Below are positions 45,774 to 57,228 of a stretch of DNA of 64,000 nucleotides, one piece after another. The stretch's first letter is position 1, and each line of letters begins with the position of its first letter. The stretch spans positions 992,001 to 1,056,000 of the forward strand of contig OZ251225.1 of the NCBI GenBank assembly GCA_965240325.2, written 5' to 3'. This stretch comes from Rebecca billardiae RCC1528 (lineage: Eukaryota; Protista; Haptophyta). The notes beneath the pieces are model-generated. The model had not been told where the DNA came from, did not search any database, and saw only the letters and a program-made list of their open reading frames with translations. The position numbers and the translations under genes were made by a program.

Positions 45774-46583
45774 TCACTGCCGGGAGCTGGTGTTCTCTTT
45801 TTTGACATCCGCCTTTATTTTGACGTCCTTGGAGTGCGTCTTGTCCCCACTGCTCGCGCGCGACTGCGTGGTGGCGGCCTTCTTGCCTGCGCCCGCAGCT
45901 TTGCGCGCAGTCTTGTGGCCGTTGACCATATCTGGAGAGCCTGCTGCTGCGGCATCAAAGTCGCGCTCGAGCCGCTTCTTGCTGGACTGCACCCCTGAGA
46001 CGCCGACAGGCACACCGCCACGATTCGGGTCGCGGAAGCCCGAGGGCCCCGCCCCCATGCCGTTTGCGACGAGGTCCAGCCCGCCGCCAATGGCCAGGCC
46101 GATGCCCACGGTGCCTGGTGAGATCCCGTGGAAGCACGCCGCGCGGAAGCACGACGCTGCGCTGACGGCGTTCGTTCCATCAGCCCACTTGAAGCCGTCG
46201 ATGCCGCAGTCCACCTCCTCATTGTCTTCCTCTCGATGTTGCCGGCCCATCGGGCCTTTGTACTTGCACGTGTAAAACTGTCGGCCACGATTGTGCACGT
46301 AGCCGTTGCGAGACGTGAACGGGCCGCCCATGGCACAGCGATGCACAGGGCAGATATACGTCCGTTGGGTCTGGCTCTGGCGCGGCGGCGTGTTCAGCGT
46401 GACCGCGGGGGCCTCGTTCTCGCGGGCACGGCAGTACTTGGCAAAGTTCAAGAGCGGGCCAGTTGGATCGCGCACGTTCAACGCCCAGTTCACGTAGCTC
46501 GGGTCGGTCTCGTAGACGTACTTGTAGGTCTCCGTGTAGTGCTTGCCGAAGCCCATGTGCATGTGGTCGTCGGGGTGGCCCAT
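45774..46583 (-). CDS. FGKH-motif (ExoX C-terminal-like) domain plus GRF zinc-finger protein
   Basis: MGFGKHYTETYKYVYETDPSYVNWAL; CPVH...NRGRQFYTC...C..GFKWAD; basic tail; intronless. Confidence 0.78.
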   Translation of the reverse strand: MGHPDDHMHMGFGKHYTETYKYVYETDPSYVNWALNVRDPTGPLLNFAKYCRARENEAPAVTLNTPPRQSQTQRTYICPVHRCAMGGPFTSRNGYVHNRGRQFYTCKYKGPMGRQHREEDNEEVDCGIDGFKWADGTNAVSAASCFRAACFHGISPGTVGIGLAIGGGLDLVANGMGAGPSGFRDPNRGGVPVGVSGVQSSKKRLERDFDAAAAGSPDMVNGHKTARKAAGAGKKAATTQSRASSGDKTHSKDVKIKADVKKENTSSRQ

Positions 46584-48784
46584 GGTCCGCGAATGATGCT
46601 GGTGGTGCCTTGGACGTGGACGGCGCGCTGCCGGCCGTCAGCGTCGGTGTGGATTATGCATATCTCGCCTGCCTGAGCTGTGTGCGTCTCTTATTCTTAG
46701 TAAACTGTATTGGTCGCGTGTTGCTGTTCCCACTTCCCAAAGTTGCGGACGAAGAACATGGGTCAGCCAGGGCAGCGCCGTTGATTGGTCCGATCTCAGG
46801 TAATCTCAGGTATCGCGCGTCGCGCTCCTTCTGGCGATCCGGTGTTTACGATAGGCGGATGCAGGGGTTGCCTGGGGCCGCCAGTCGCCACGGGGGGGGG
46901 CAGGGCGGCGAGGCAGCGCCCGCCCGGCAGCACATCGCCCCCCCCGTGGACGCTGACTCAAGCCGCACCCACCCCAGCGCGGCGATCCCACGCCAGGGAG
47001 GGCGGGCGGGAGGCGGAGGAGCGCCGCTGGCTGTCCGTGAGTGTGCCGGCGCCGCCGCGGCCTGCCGCCCGGGGGCCCCGGGCCCGGGCGGGGCCGCTGT
47101 GCTCAGGCGTCGGCCGGGGCAGGGTGCGCCGGGGGGCAGTCGCGGCGGAAGCGGTCGGCTGCACGACGTGGGCTGCCCTGACCGGCCCCGAAGGTGCGCC
47201 TGTCACGCCGAGGGTCGGCCCGCCTGCAGGTACGCTCACTTTCCGCTTGGTACCCGCGCCGCAAAGGCGAGCTGCTTTCGACTCACATCTCGTCACCGTG
47301 CGGTCACTCCGGCGATGCCGCTGCGAGCGCCGAGCCCGCGTCCGGCCAGGTATACGCCCACCTAGCGGGGAGGGGCACGGGCGGCGGCGGAGCAGCAACG
47401 CGGCAGTCATAACGCGATAACCGCCGCGGACTGCCAAACCCACCACTCCCGTCGCGTCGGCCATCGCCCCATAACCGCGCGCGCGTCGCGCTCCTTCTGG
47501 CGATCCGGTGTTTACGATAGGCGGATGCAGGGGTTGCCTGGGGCCGCCAGTCGCCACGGGGGGGGGCAGGGCGGCGAGGCAGCGCCCGCCCAAAGAGGCG
47601 CAGCGCCAGGCGCCACGCCGGCGTGGCCGGCGTCGGCCGGCGCGGCCGAGGCCAGGCCCGGCCCCGACCCCCAGAGGCGCAGCGCCCTGCCCACCACCAC
47701 GCCGCACGCCGCCGGTGTGAGGCCGCGGAGCGGCGGACTGGGTGCCCCCCCCCCCCCCTCCCCCCCAGCGCTCAGCCCCTGCCAGAGGTCGCCGAGAGCC
47801 CGCAGCGACCGGCGGACCACAGGACCACTGGCGTAACCCGCCCGTCGTCGCGCGCCGGCACGGGCCAGGCGAAGCGCTGCAGGTGACCCGCAGGCCACGC
47901 CGTCCACTTGCCCGACGAAACCGCCCAGCAGCACGCGCGCACCGCCGCCGCCGCCGCCGGCCGGCGAGAGCGCATGCGCCCGAGCCGTCGCGGAACACAC
48001 CCGAGCCGACATGAGGCGCAGGTATCGACGTCGGCTTGCCGACAACGTCGTCAACCACGCGCCTGCAGACCGCACGAGCGCCCGTGAAAGCGCGCCGAAA
48101 AGGGGCGTGCGAGGTGACGCGCACGGTGCGCGAATGGTGATGGCCGTGCGGCGCACGAATGACGATCGGTGCGCGCGCACGATGAGCGGTGCACGCGCGG
48201 GCGGATCGGAGCGCGCGCATGATAAACGGCGCATGATACTCGGCGCGCGCGCATGACGGCGCGCGCGCATGATGATCGGCGCTGGTCGGTGCGCGCGCAT
48301 GATGATCGTCACGCGATGATCGGCGCGCGCGCATGACCATGCGCGCGCGTGACGAATTCGCCGCAACGGCTCGCGCGAGAGGCACAAGGCGATTGACGAT
48401 GAACGCGACCACGTTCGAGCGCTCGAGCGAAGCAGGAGGTGATGAGTGAGGAAGATGGCACAGGAATGGGAGAGGAACGCGTGGCGCGTGGCGGGAAGGG
48501 CCAGGCACGCTCGGCGTGAGGAAAGGAACGCGCGTAGAAACGGAACGGAACGGAAAGCAGCGGTTCGAGCGATAGACAGGAGGTGATTGACGATGATGAG
48601 CGCGTCCGCGCTCGAGCGACGCAGAAGGTGACGAGCGAGGAAGACCAAGGCCAGGCGAAAGCGCCGCAGGTGGCCAGCGGGCCACGTCGCTTTTCGCGCC
48701 CGAAAACGCCCAGCAGCGCGCGCGCCCCGCTGCAGTGGCAGCCGACCGGCGAGAGCTGCATCCGCCAGAGCCGCCACGCGGCGC

Positions 48785-49115
48785 AGGTATCAACGCCGGC
48801 CCGCCGACAACGTCGTCCCCGACACCCCGGCCACAGACACCACGTACACCCATGTAAGCGCGCCGAAAGGTGCGCGCGAGGATGGCGCACTCGGCACCCG
48901 AATGATGATGATGGTTGCGCGGAGCACGAATGATGATCGGCGCGCGCGGGTATCAACGCCAGCCCGCCGACGACGTCGTCCCCCACGCCCCGGCCACAGA
49001 CACCACGTACGCCCATGTAAGCGCGCCGAAAGGTGTGTGCGATGATGGCACGCTCGGCACCCGGATGATGATGCGATGGTTACTCTGAGCACGAAGTGAT
49101 GATCGGCGCGCGCAC
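48785..49115 (+). repeat. Tandem repeat of about 163 bp (two copies; diverged relative at about 48020)
   Basis: GGTATCAACGCC.GCCCGCCGAC.ACGTCGTCCCC...CCATGTAAGCGCGCCGAAAGGTG is repeated. Confidence 0.85.
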
Positions 49116-49204
49116 ATGATGATGATCGGCGCGCGCGCATGAGAAGACAGGTGCGAGTGACGCGCGGAGAAGATGCGCGCGGAGACGATAGGCGCGGAGG
49201 ACAT

Positions 49205-49737
49205 AGGCGCAAGTAACGCGCGGAGGAGATAGGCGCAAGTAACGCGCGGAGAAGATAGGCGCAAGTAACGCGCGGAGAAGATATAGTAGGCGCAAGTAAC
49301 GCGCGGAGACAGGCGCAAGTAACGCGCGGAGAAGATAGGCGCAAGTAAACGCGCGGAGAAGATATAGTAGGCGCAAGTAACGCGCGGAGACAGGCGCAAG
49401 TAACGCGCGGAGAAGTAGATAGTATAGGCGCAAGTAACGCGCGGAGGAGGTATAGGCGCAAGTGACGCGCGGAGACAGGCGCAAGACGGCAAGTAACGCG
49501 CGGAGAAGATAGGCGCAAGTAAACGCGCGGAGAAGATATAGTAGGCGCAAGTAACGCGCGGAGACAGGCGCAAGTAACGCGCGGAGAAGTAGATAGTATA
49601 GGCGCAAGTAACGTGCGGAGGAGGTATAGGCGCAAGTGACGCGCGGAGACAGGCGCAAGTAACGCGCGGAGAAGTAGATAGTAGGCGCAAGTAACGCGCG
49701 GAGATGAGATAGGCGCAAGTGACGCGCGGAGAAGATA
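49205..49737 (+). repeat. Minisatellite: 19 copies of AGGCGCAAGTAACGCGCGGAG with 2-13 bp linkers
   Basis: Counted by eye; higher-order duplication 49337-49476 matches 49511-49650. Confidence 0.95.
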
Positions 49738-49785
49738 GGGTGCGCACACGATGATCGGCGCATGATGATCGGCGCGCGCGCGAGG

Positions 49786-49872
49786 GATAGACAGATAGAC
49801 AGATAGACAGATAGACAGATAGACAGATAGACAGATAGGCAGATAGATAGACAGATAGATAGACAGATAGAC
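49786..49872 (+). repeat. (GATA/GACA)n microsatellite
   Basis: Seen directly. Confidence 0.95.
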
Positions 49873-50189
49873 GCGCGAGTGAGCGACGGCGAGCTGTAGA
49901 GAAGGGTGAGTCGTGCGGCGGCGAGTGGCGGCGGCGTGCTTGCAGCGCGGCAGCGGCGTGCGGCGAGCGCGAACACGCGGAGCGCGCGCGGCTCCGCTGT
50001 TGCGCCCCGAGGGGCCCGCGCCGAAGAAGCGCGCTCGCTCGAGCGGGGGGCAGATCGAAGGTGATGAAGCGCGCGGTTCCGCTCAAGCGAAGTAGAAGGT
50101 GATGAGCGACGAGTGTGCCCGACGGACGACAGCGCAACGACACCTCACGCGCCGCCCCGCCGGCCGCCCAACAGATGGCCGAGAACGGG

Positions 50190-51006
50190 ACGCCGAAGTA
50201 GCATGTGTGCGCTCACTGCCCGCGCCGCCGACATGCGCTCCAGCTCGGACGAAGGGCAGAAGGTGTTGTTGAGCGCGCCCCCGCGAGCGCGCAGCAGCTG
50301 GTGAGGAGCGTGTTGTTGAGCGCACCCCCTCGAGCGCGCAGCAGCTGGTGAGGAGCGTGGAGCGTGCCCGACACACGCCCGCTGGCGCCGCCCCGCCGTG
50401 CGCCCAGCCGCCGGACGCTGCCGATGGACGCAGAAGCAGCATGGATGCGCACGAGTCTCGTCCAGCGCCAAAATGCGCTCGCGCGCGAGCGAGGTAGACA
50501 GCGCCGAGCGCGCCCACGCTCGAGCGAAGCAGGTGGAGATGAGCGAGGAGCGCGCCCGACGGACGGCAGCGCACCGGCACCTCGCTTACCACCCCGACGT
50601 TCCGAAGCAGCATGTGTGCGCTCACTGCCCGCGCCGCCGACATGCGCTCCAGCTCGGACGAAGGGCAGAAGGTGTTGTTGAGCGCGCCCCCGCGAGCGCG
50701 CAGCAGCTGGTGAGGAGCGTGTTGTTGAGCGCGCCCCCGCGAGCGCGCAGCAGCTGGTGAGGAGCGTGGAGCGTGCCCGACACACGCCCGCTGGCGCCGC
50801 CCCGCCGTGCGCCCAGCCGCCGGACGCTGCCGATGGACGCAGAAGCAGCATGGATGCGCACGAGTCTCGTCCAGCGCCAAAATGCGCTCGCGCGCGAGCG
50901 AGGCAGACAGCGCCGAGCGCGCCCACGCTCGAGCGAAGCAGGTGGAGATGAGCGAGGAGCGCGCACGACGGACGGCAGCGCACCGGCACCTCACTTACCA
51001 CCCCGA
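50190..51006 (+). repeat. Tandem duplication with a 409-bp period
   Basis: Identical translated segments begin at 50364 and 50773. Confidence 0.9.
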
Positions 51007-52023
51007 TGTGCGCCCCCGATGTGCGCCCGGCCACCGGACGCCTCAGAAGGACACCCAGCACAAGCGTGGTCGCGCACGAGCGGATGAGAGAAGCAGAAGG
51101 CGCTGAGCGTTCCCACGAGTAAAGCAGTGGGCCATGAGGAGGAGGGAGCACGACGGACGGCAGTGCCCAGCACCTCGCGCTCCGCCTCGCAGTGCGCACG
51201 ACCGTCGGATGCCGCCGCAGACGGACGCCGAAGCAGCATCGTGAGAGTTCGAGCGTGATGCACGCGCACCACGCCAGGGGGGGACAACGAGGAACGGGGA
51301 GCGAAGGAGGCGGAGGAGCGCCGCTGGCTGTCCGTGAGTGTGCCGGCGCCGCCGCGGCCTGCCGCCCGGGGGCCCCGGGCCCGGGCGGGGCCGCTGTGCT
51401 CAGGCGTCGGCCGGGGCAGGGTGCGCCGGGGGGCAGTCGCGGCGGAAGCGGTCGGCTGCACGACGTGGGCTGCCCTGACCGGCCCCGAAGGTGCGCCTGT
51501 CACGCCGAGGGTCGGCCCGCCTGCAGGTACGCTCACTTTCCGCTTGGTACCCGCGCCGCAAAGGCGAGCTGCTTTCGACTCACATCTCGTCACCGTGCGG
51601 TCACTCCGGCGATGCCGCTGCGAGCGCCGAGCCCGCGTCCGGCCAGGTATACGCCCACCTAGCGGGGAGGGGCACGGGCGGCGGCGGAGCAGCAACGCGG
51701 CAGTCATAACGCGATAACCGCCGCGGACTGCCAAACCCACCACTCCCGTCGCGTCGGCCATCGCCCCTAATCTCAGGTATCTGCGCGCTGTTTCATATCA
51801 TTCGGTTTCCAGTCCGTGGAGGAGGAATGCATCCGGGCATGGCACGTCCGGGCGCCCCGCCACAGTCCACACTGCCGGCCGTACGCGGGCCCCAGCCCGG
51901 TGGCTACTTGATGAGGATGCAGAATCTTGCAGAGTGGAGCATCCGTGACGAACCACGGGTCCGCTCACTCCTCCGGCGTTCGAACGCGTATACTTCATCA
52001 GCACTCAGACTTACACATTGGCA

Positions 52024-53840
52024 TCAGGCAGAGAGTGCGCTCCCCGAGGCCGATGCGGCCGAGCCCGAAGTCGTTGCAGCCGCCACGCAGCCCGCGGACG
52101 GCTTTTGCTGCGCAGCAGACGACGGAGCCTTCTGCTTCGCGGGGCCGCTCCACGCCTGCGTGGCGGCTCCCTTGCCGCCCGCTCCTCCGAGCAGCGTGCT
52201 CGTAGCACCCTCCTCATCATCCGAATCGGTGTAGTCGGCCGCGAGGCCGCGCATGCTCGCCGTGAGCGCGATGAGCGCGTTCCGATCAGTGGTGCTCCCA
52301 GTGGGCGTCAGCCGGTACACTGCCGAGCGCCCGGGCCTGAGCCGACGCGAATTGAGGTAAGGCGCGAGCCCGAGCCAGCCACAGCAGCAGCACGTCCACA
52401 GGAGGCCCGCCGCCATGTCGGTGCAGAAGAGGCCGCGGCACGCCTTCCCAAAGGTGAATGCGCGCGAATCGACCGCGGTCGCGCGCAGCTCGCCAATCAC
52501 CTTGCGGTCATCCTCGCACGTGAGCTTGCCCTGGCAGATCGCGAGCACGTGGACGTGCGCAGGGCCGGTGCCGGGGATGAGCCTGACCGGCCCCCACGCC
52601 GCCGCCCCTCGCGCCGTCGCAGCGCGGCGCGGCGCGGCGCACCTGCAGCGGGTCTGGCACTGTGTATCGCTGGTAGGCGACTGCGGCTTGCCGCCGGTGC
52701 TCAAAGCCAGGCCCGACCTGGAAGATCTTGTCGCCCACCGTCATGAACGCGTACGCCATCATCAGCTCAACCTGGCACCACGCGCGCTCGTCGTAGTCCG
52801 ATGTCGCGAAGATCAGCACCTCTGCGCACGCGCTCACGTACGCTGGCAGGGCGGCCATCTGCGGCCCAGGGTTGTCCTGGTCGACTGCACGGCGCACGGC
52901 ACGGCGCACGGCAGTGCGGGCACGGGCGGGGGCTCGCGCTCGCGAGTCAGGTTGTGTCAGCGGCGTGCCAAGGGCCATGGCCGTCGTCAGCCCGGGGTGC
53001 GCGCGTACCGCACACAAAATCGATCCTGCGCGGTCCACCCGGCGCGTGTCGCGGGGCAGCAGAGGGAGGCAGCACGGGCTGGGTAAGTCACCTCGCGCCT
53101 TGAGTGAGCCGCCACCGCGCGCGCGGAGCTGGCTCTCAGGCATGGCGGGTGAGTGGCCGCGCGCGCACCAGAAGAAGATCTGCAGGTCAGGGTCCGTCGT
53201 GATACCCTTCACGAACTCGCGCCCCGAGCCGTAGACGCGCCACCATTTGAACCACTTCGCCCACTGCACCGCGGCATGCGCCTTCACGGCCTCGCGCGAG
53301 TCGGGATGTGCGCGCTTGTTCGGGTCGGGCCAGCGCGGTCGGAGCCACCTGCGCGTCCGCACGGGGTGACGGGCGGGACGCGATTGAGAATCAAAGATGG
53401 CATCTGGCCGGCGGGGAGACCCGGAAACGGGCTGGGGCGATCGGGGCTACGGGCGGCAGGGTAGCCCGGGCGCGACAGGCAACCAACCACGCGCACCTGT
53501 GCGAGAACATCACCAGGACTGCCTTGGGCTTGTTCTCCGCGTCGCGCCCGCAGCTCTTGACCGCCTCGATCGCATCGACGGCGTGGTTCTGGTCCGACCG
53601 CGGGATCTCGCCTAGCCCCTCCAACCGCGAGGCCGGCATGAGCTGCATGGGCGGCATGCCATTCTCACGCATCATCGTGAGCCGCGTGAGCAGTCCGTCG
53701 TAGCTCCAGACGCTCGCGCTCTGCCAGCGCTTCGAGCCCAGGAGCTGCGTCGTCGTCACATTGTTGCCCGTCTCGTACCAGGCGGGTTCGACCGCCTGCG
53801 GCTCCGCGGAGCTGTCCCCGCCGCCGGCATGGCCATACAT
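52024..53840 (-). CDS. HET/TIR-like domain protein; exons 53840-53497, 53348-53169, 53025-53009, 52884-52643, 52530-52024
   Basis: The spliced product reads MFSHRWLRP...HPD...K...FFWIDFVCVDQDN...MAALPAYV..C...YDERAWCQVE, the HET-type SHxW / WID.xC / RAWC..E pattern. Confidence 0.8.
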
Positions 53841-54099
53841 CGGGCCGGGCGGCAACGCCTGCCCGCCGTTCGACGTCAAGCTCGTCGAGAACCGAATTGG
53901 AGGCTAGGACGAGCAGATTTCGCCCAAAATCGTCCAATGGCCAGGGATTATGATAGGGGCATTATGATAATCTCAGAAAGGGCGAAACCGCGAAAGGCCC
54001 TCCGTCGTCGGTTTATCGACGGGTAGTGGCCGCGCCTGGCCGGAACGACGACTGGCTGTCGGGTGGGTGCTCTGCCCGATTTCTCGAGGCCTCGCCGCG

Positions 54100-57098
54100 A
54101 TGGTTCAGCCGCGCGCGAAGCGGTGCGAGAGGCAAGGCATACCGAAGGCGCTGCTGCCATTCTGGAAGTCGCTCGCCAATCGCTTGCCCGTCGTGCGCGA
54201 GCTGGACGAAACGCTCACGCGTGCGCACGTCGCGACCATCAAGGGCGTCGCCGTCATCGACGACCTGGTCTTCACGGGCGCGTGGGACTCGCACGGCAAG
54301 CTGTGGCACGTGGAGTCGGCCGAGCTGCTTCACATCATGTCCGGCCACTCGCAGGACATCATCGGCGTGTGCGGCTCCAAGTCGCGCCTCGGCTCGACGC
54401 GCTTCTTCTCGGCGGCCGACTGCGTCCGCTGCTGGGATCCGCACACGGGGAGGTGCGTGGCGGTGTTCGGCTCGGGCACGTACTACACGGTGCTTGCGAC
54501 GCACCAGCACGTCTTCTGCTGCTCCGCCAAGGGAACCATCGAGATGTACGAGTACGGCGAGAAGGTGGAGGAGGGCGGCACATTTGTCGACGGCGTGCTC
54601 GTCGACGAGGTGAAGGTCAGCACGCCGTTCAAGCTGCTGTCGGGGCACCAGCAGGGCGGGATGGGGCTGGACGTCTCGCTCGCGGACAACATGCTCGTCT
54701 CCGCCTCGCTCGACAAGACGGCGAGGGTGTGGAACCTCGAGACCGGCGCGTGCGTGCACACGCTCACAGGACACAGCAACCAGCTGCGAGACGTGTGCCT
54801 CTACATCGAGGAGGCGCTGCCGTTCGCCACGGCGGATGCGGAGGAGGGCGGCGACGGCGGGCGGCGCGTGCACGTGCTCACGGCCGCGCGGGACAACACC
54901 ATCATGCAGTGGGACGCGCGCACGGGCGAGCGGCTGCGCGTGCTCGTCGGCCACTCGGACGCGGTGCGCGCGCTCGTGATCGTGAACCAGACGCTCTTCT
55001 CCGCCTCGTCCGACCAGACGGTGCGGCAGTGGGACTTGAAGACTGGGCGGGAGATCATGAAGTTCTCGGGGCACGAGGGCGAGGTGTACGGCATCGCCGC
55101 GGCGCACGGCTCGCTCTTCACGTGCTCCGCCGACCGCAAGACCAAGCGGTGGGACCTGGGCGCGGGCCGTGAGCTCGTGCTCGTGCCCAGCCAGGAGTAC
55201 CGAGCGGTCGAGGCGCACGAGCTGCTCTGGCCGGTGCTCTCGCTGCTCGTGCTCGGGCTGCAGGCACGCGCGCGCGCCGGCTCGTGTGCAACGCGCACCG
55301 CACCGGCCGCTTGCTTCGCCGCCCACCGCACAGCGCACCGCGCACCGCCACGCCGCGCGTGCTCACGCGCCTGCGCCGCCCTGCGCCGCGGCGCGCCCGC
55401 CCCACCCCGGCACCGCGTGCGCGCTCTCGGCCGCCCGGCTGCAGGTGCTCTCCTTCACACTCTCGGCGCGGTACCCGTGGCCGGACGTGATGCTGCCCGT
55501 GCGCATCCCCACGCAGCTGCTCGTGCTCTCGCTCGACGTGTTCGACTCGCTCCCGCCGCTCCTCTTCTCCATCTACTTCTGGTCCAAGTGGGCGCTGATG
55601 GTCGTGCTCTGCGTCGGCTTTGTCGGCCTCTTTCTGTCGGACGTGCCGACCGACCTGAGCTACCAGGCGGACCAGGGGCGCGTGCTGCTGGCGACGCTGA
55701 AAGGCGGCGTGTCTCCGGAGAACATGCCGGAGGGCGCGGAGGATGGGCAGGTCTTCTCGATCGAGCTCCTGCGCTCGCTGGGCGTGGACGTGTCCAAGGT
55801 GCGCGCCTCACGAGCTGCACGCGCAGCACCGCGCGCGCCGTGCGCACCGCGGCAACGGATCGCCCACGCTCAAAGCGCTGCGGCACCTCGGCACGCGTGT
55901 GCGCGCGCCGCGCGCGCGCGCACGCATCTGGACCAGATCGACGTCGAGGCGCTGATGCGCGAGCACAAGGCTCGGTTGGAACGTGCGGAGGTCGAGAAGC
56001 GCGAGCTCGACCGGCGTCGCGCCGAGTGGCTCGCCGCGCACGCGCACGAGATCCCCGTCGACCTCCCTGAGGAGGATCCCAACCTCGAGCGCAAGCTCGC
56101 CGACCCTCGGCGGCGCGATCTGCTCGTCTCGCTCAACATGGGCCTGCTCGGCGCCGTGTCGGCCGACGCGCTCGAGAAGAAGCTGACGCGCATCAAGCGG
56201 TACAGGGACGCCGCTCTCTTCTACATGATGTTCGGCTCGCTCTTCGGCATGCTCCCCATGATCACCATCTCGCTCACGGTGCGCCCGCGCGCGCGGCCCT
56301 GTGCGCGCCGTCGCGCGCGCCGCGCCGTCGGCCTGACCGTGCGTGCGCGGCGCCGTCACGCCGCGTGCACCCATGGCGCAGACATTCGAGTGCGAGCGCG
56401 ACCTGGCCACGGGCCGTTGGCACTGGCGCGTCGACTCGGGCGCCACCCAGTGCTTCGCCGGCTTCCACATGCTCGCGTGCCTCGTCTCCGCACTGCTGCT
56501 CGCGATCGTCACACCGATGATGGTGCTGCTAGTGATGAGCGGCGGCGATTTCCGCAACCTGCCGACCGCGCCGACGAGCTCGGGCACGCTGCGCAAGCTG
56601 TGGGCCAAGTTCGCCACGGGGGTGGGCTCGAACGCCGCGTCAATCGACCTGGGCGTGCTCACGCGCCAGCCCACCTCCGCGCGGCTCGACGACCTGCTCA
56701 CCTCCATGCTGCGCATCGCGCTCGTGCTCACCTCGATCGCATCGACTGCGTCCACGCTGGGATGGCCCGGGTACTCGCTGGGCGTGGTCAACTTTGCGCT
56801 GCTCGTGAGCTACCAGTCGACGCTCTTCTTCATCGCGCCGTTCAAGGACCCGCGCATGAACGCGTTCGTGTTCGTGCTGCGCATCCACCTCGTCTGGACG
56901 TCCATGCTCGGAATGGTTGTGCTCGTGGTCGACGACCCGTCGGTGTGGTGGCCGGGCGCCGCCTGGTACGTCGGCACGGCGGTGCTGTGGATCATCGGCT
57001 TTCATGTCGGCCACTTCCTCATGAGCCACTGCCGGTGCGGCTACGAGCTCTCGGGCACGCTCGCGAGCACCAAGCTGTGGCCGCTGCTCGGTCGGTGA
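54100..57098 (+). CDS. WD40-repeat protein fused to a multipass membrane domain (multi-exon)
   Basis: About 7 WD repeats (SASLDKTARVWN, GHSDAVRAL, SASSDQTVRQWD) followed by many hydrophobic helices; GT-AG-type introns at about 55264-55444 and about 56279-56382. Confidence 0.82.
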
Positions 57099-57228
57099 CC
57101 GTCTGTGACGGATAGTCAGGCAAGAGAAAGTGTCTTACTGAGTAGTTGTACTAGTACCGTAGTAACAAGTACCGCCCTTGGCGCAGGGCTCGCCCGGACG
57201 CCCGCGACGGACGCGTCTGGACTCTGGG

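Larger units (their letters stand above)
46814..51767. mobile_element. Non-coding element with split direct repeats (A-x-B-A...B) and a 13-14 bp TSD
   Basis: A (112 bp) at 46814-46925 equals 47480-47591. B (462 bp) at 47009-47470 equals 51306-51767. TAATCTCAGGTAT(C) flanks at 46801-46813 and 51768-51780. Confidence 0.85.

Noticed and set aside
47221-47258. Group II intron domain V-like hairpin
   Set aside because: The hairpin exists but lacks the AGC triad and AC bulge.
49205-49737. CRISPR array
   Set aside because: The linkers are only 2-13 bp and are reused, there are no cas genes, and the context is eukaryotic; it is a minisatellite.
46958-51761. ORFs within the split-repeat element as RT, recombinase or transposase
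   Set aside because: The translations are low-complexity products of repeats with no RT, YR, GIY-YIG or DDE motifs.
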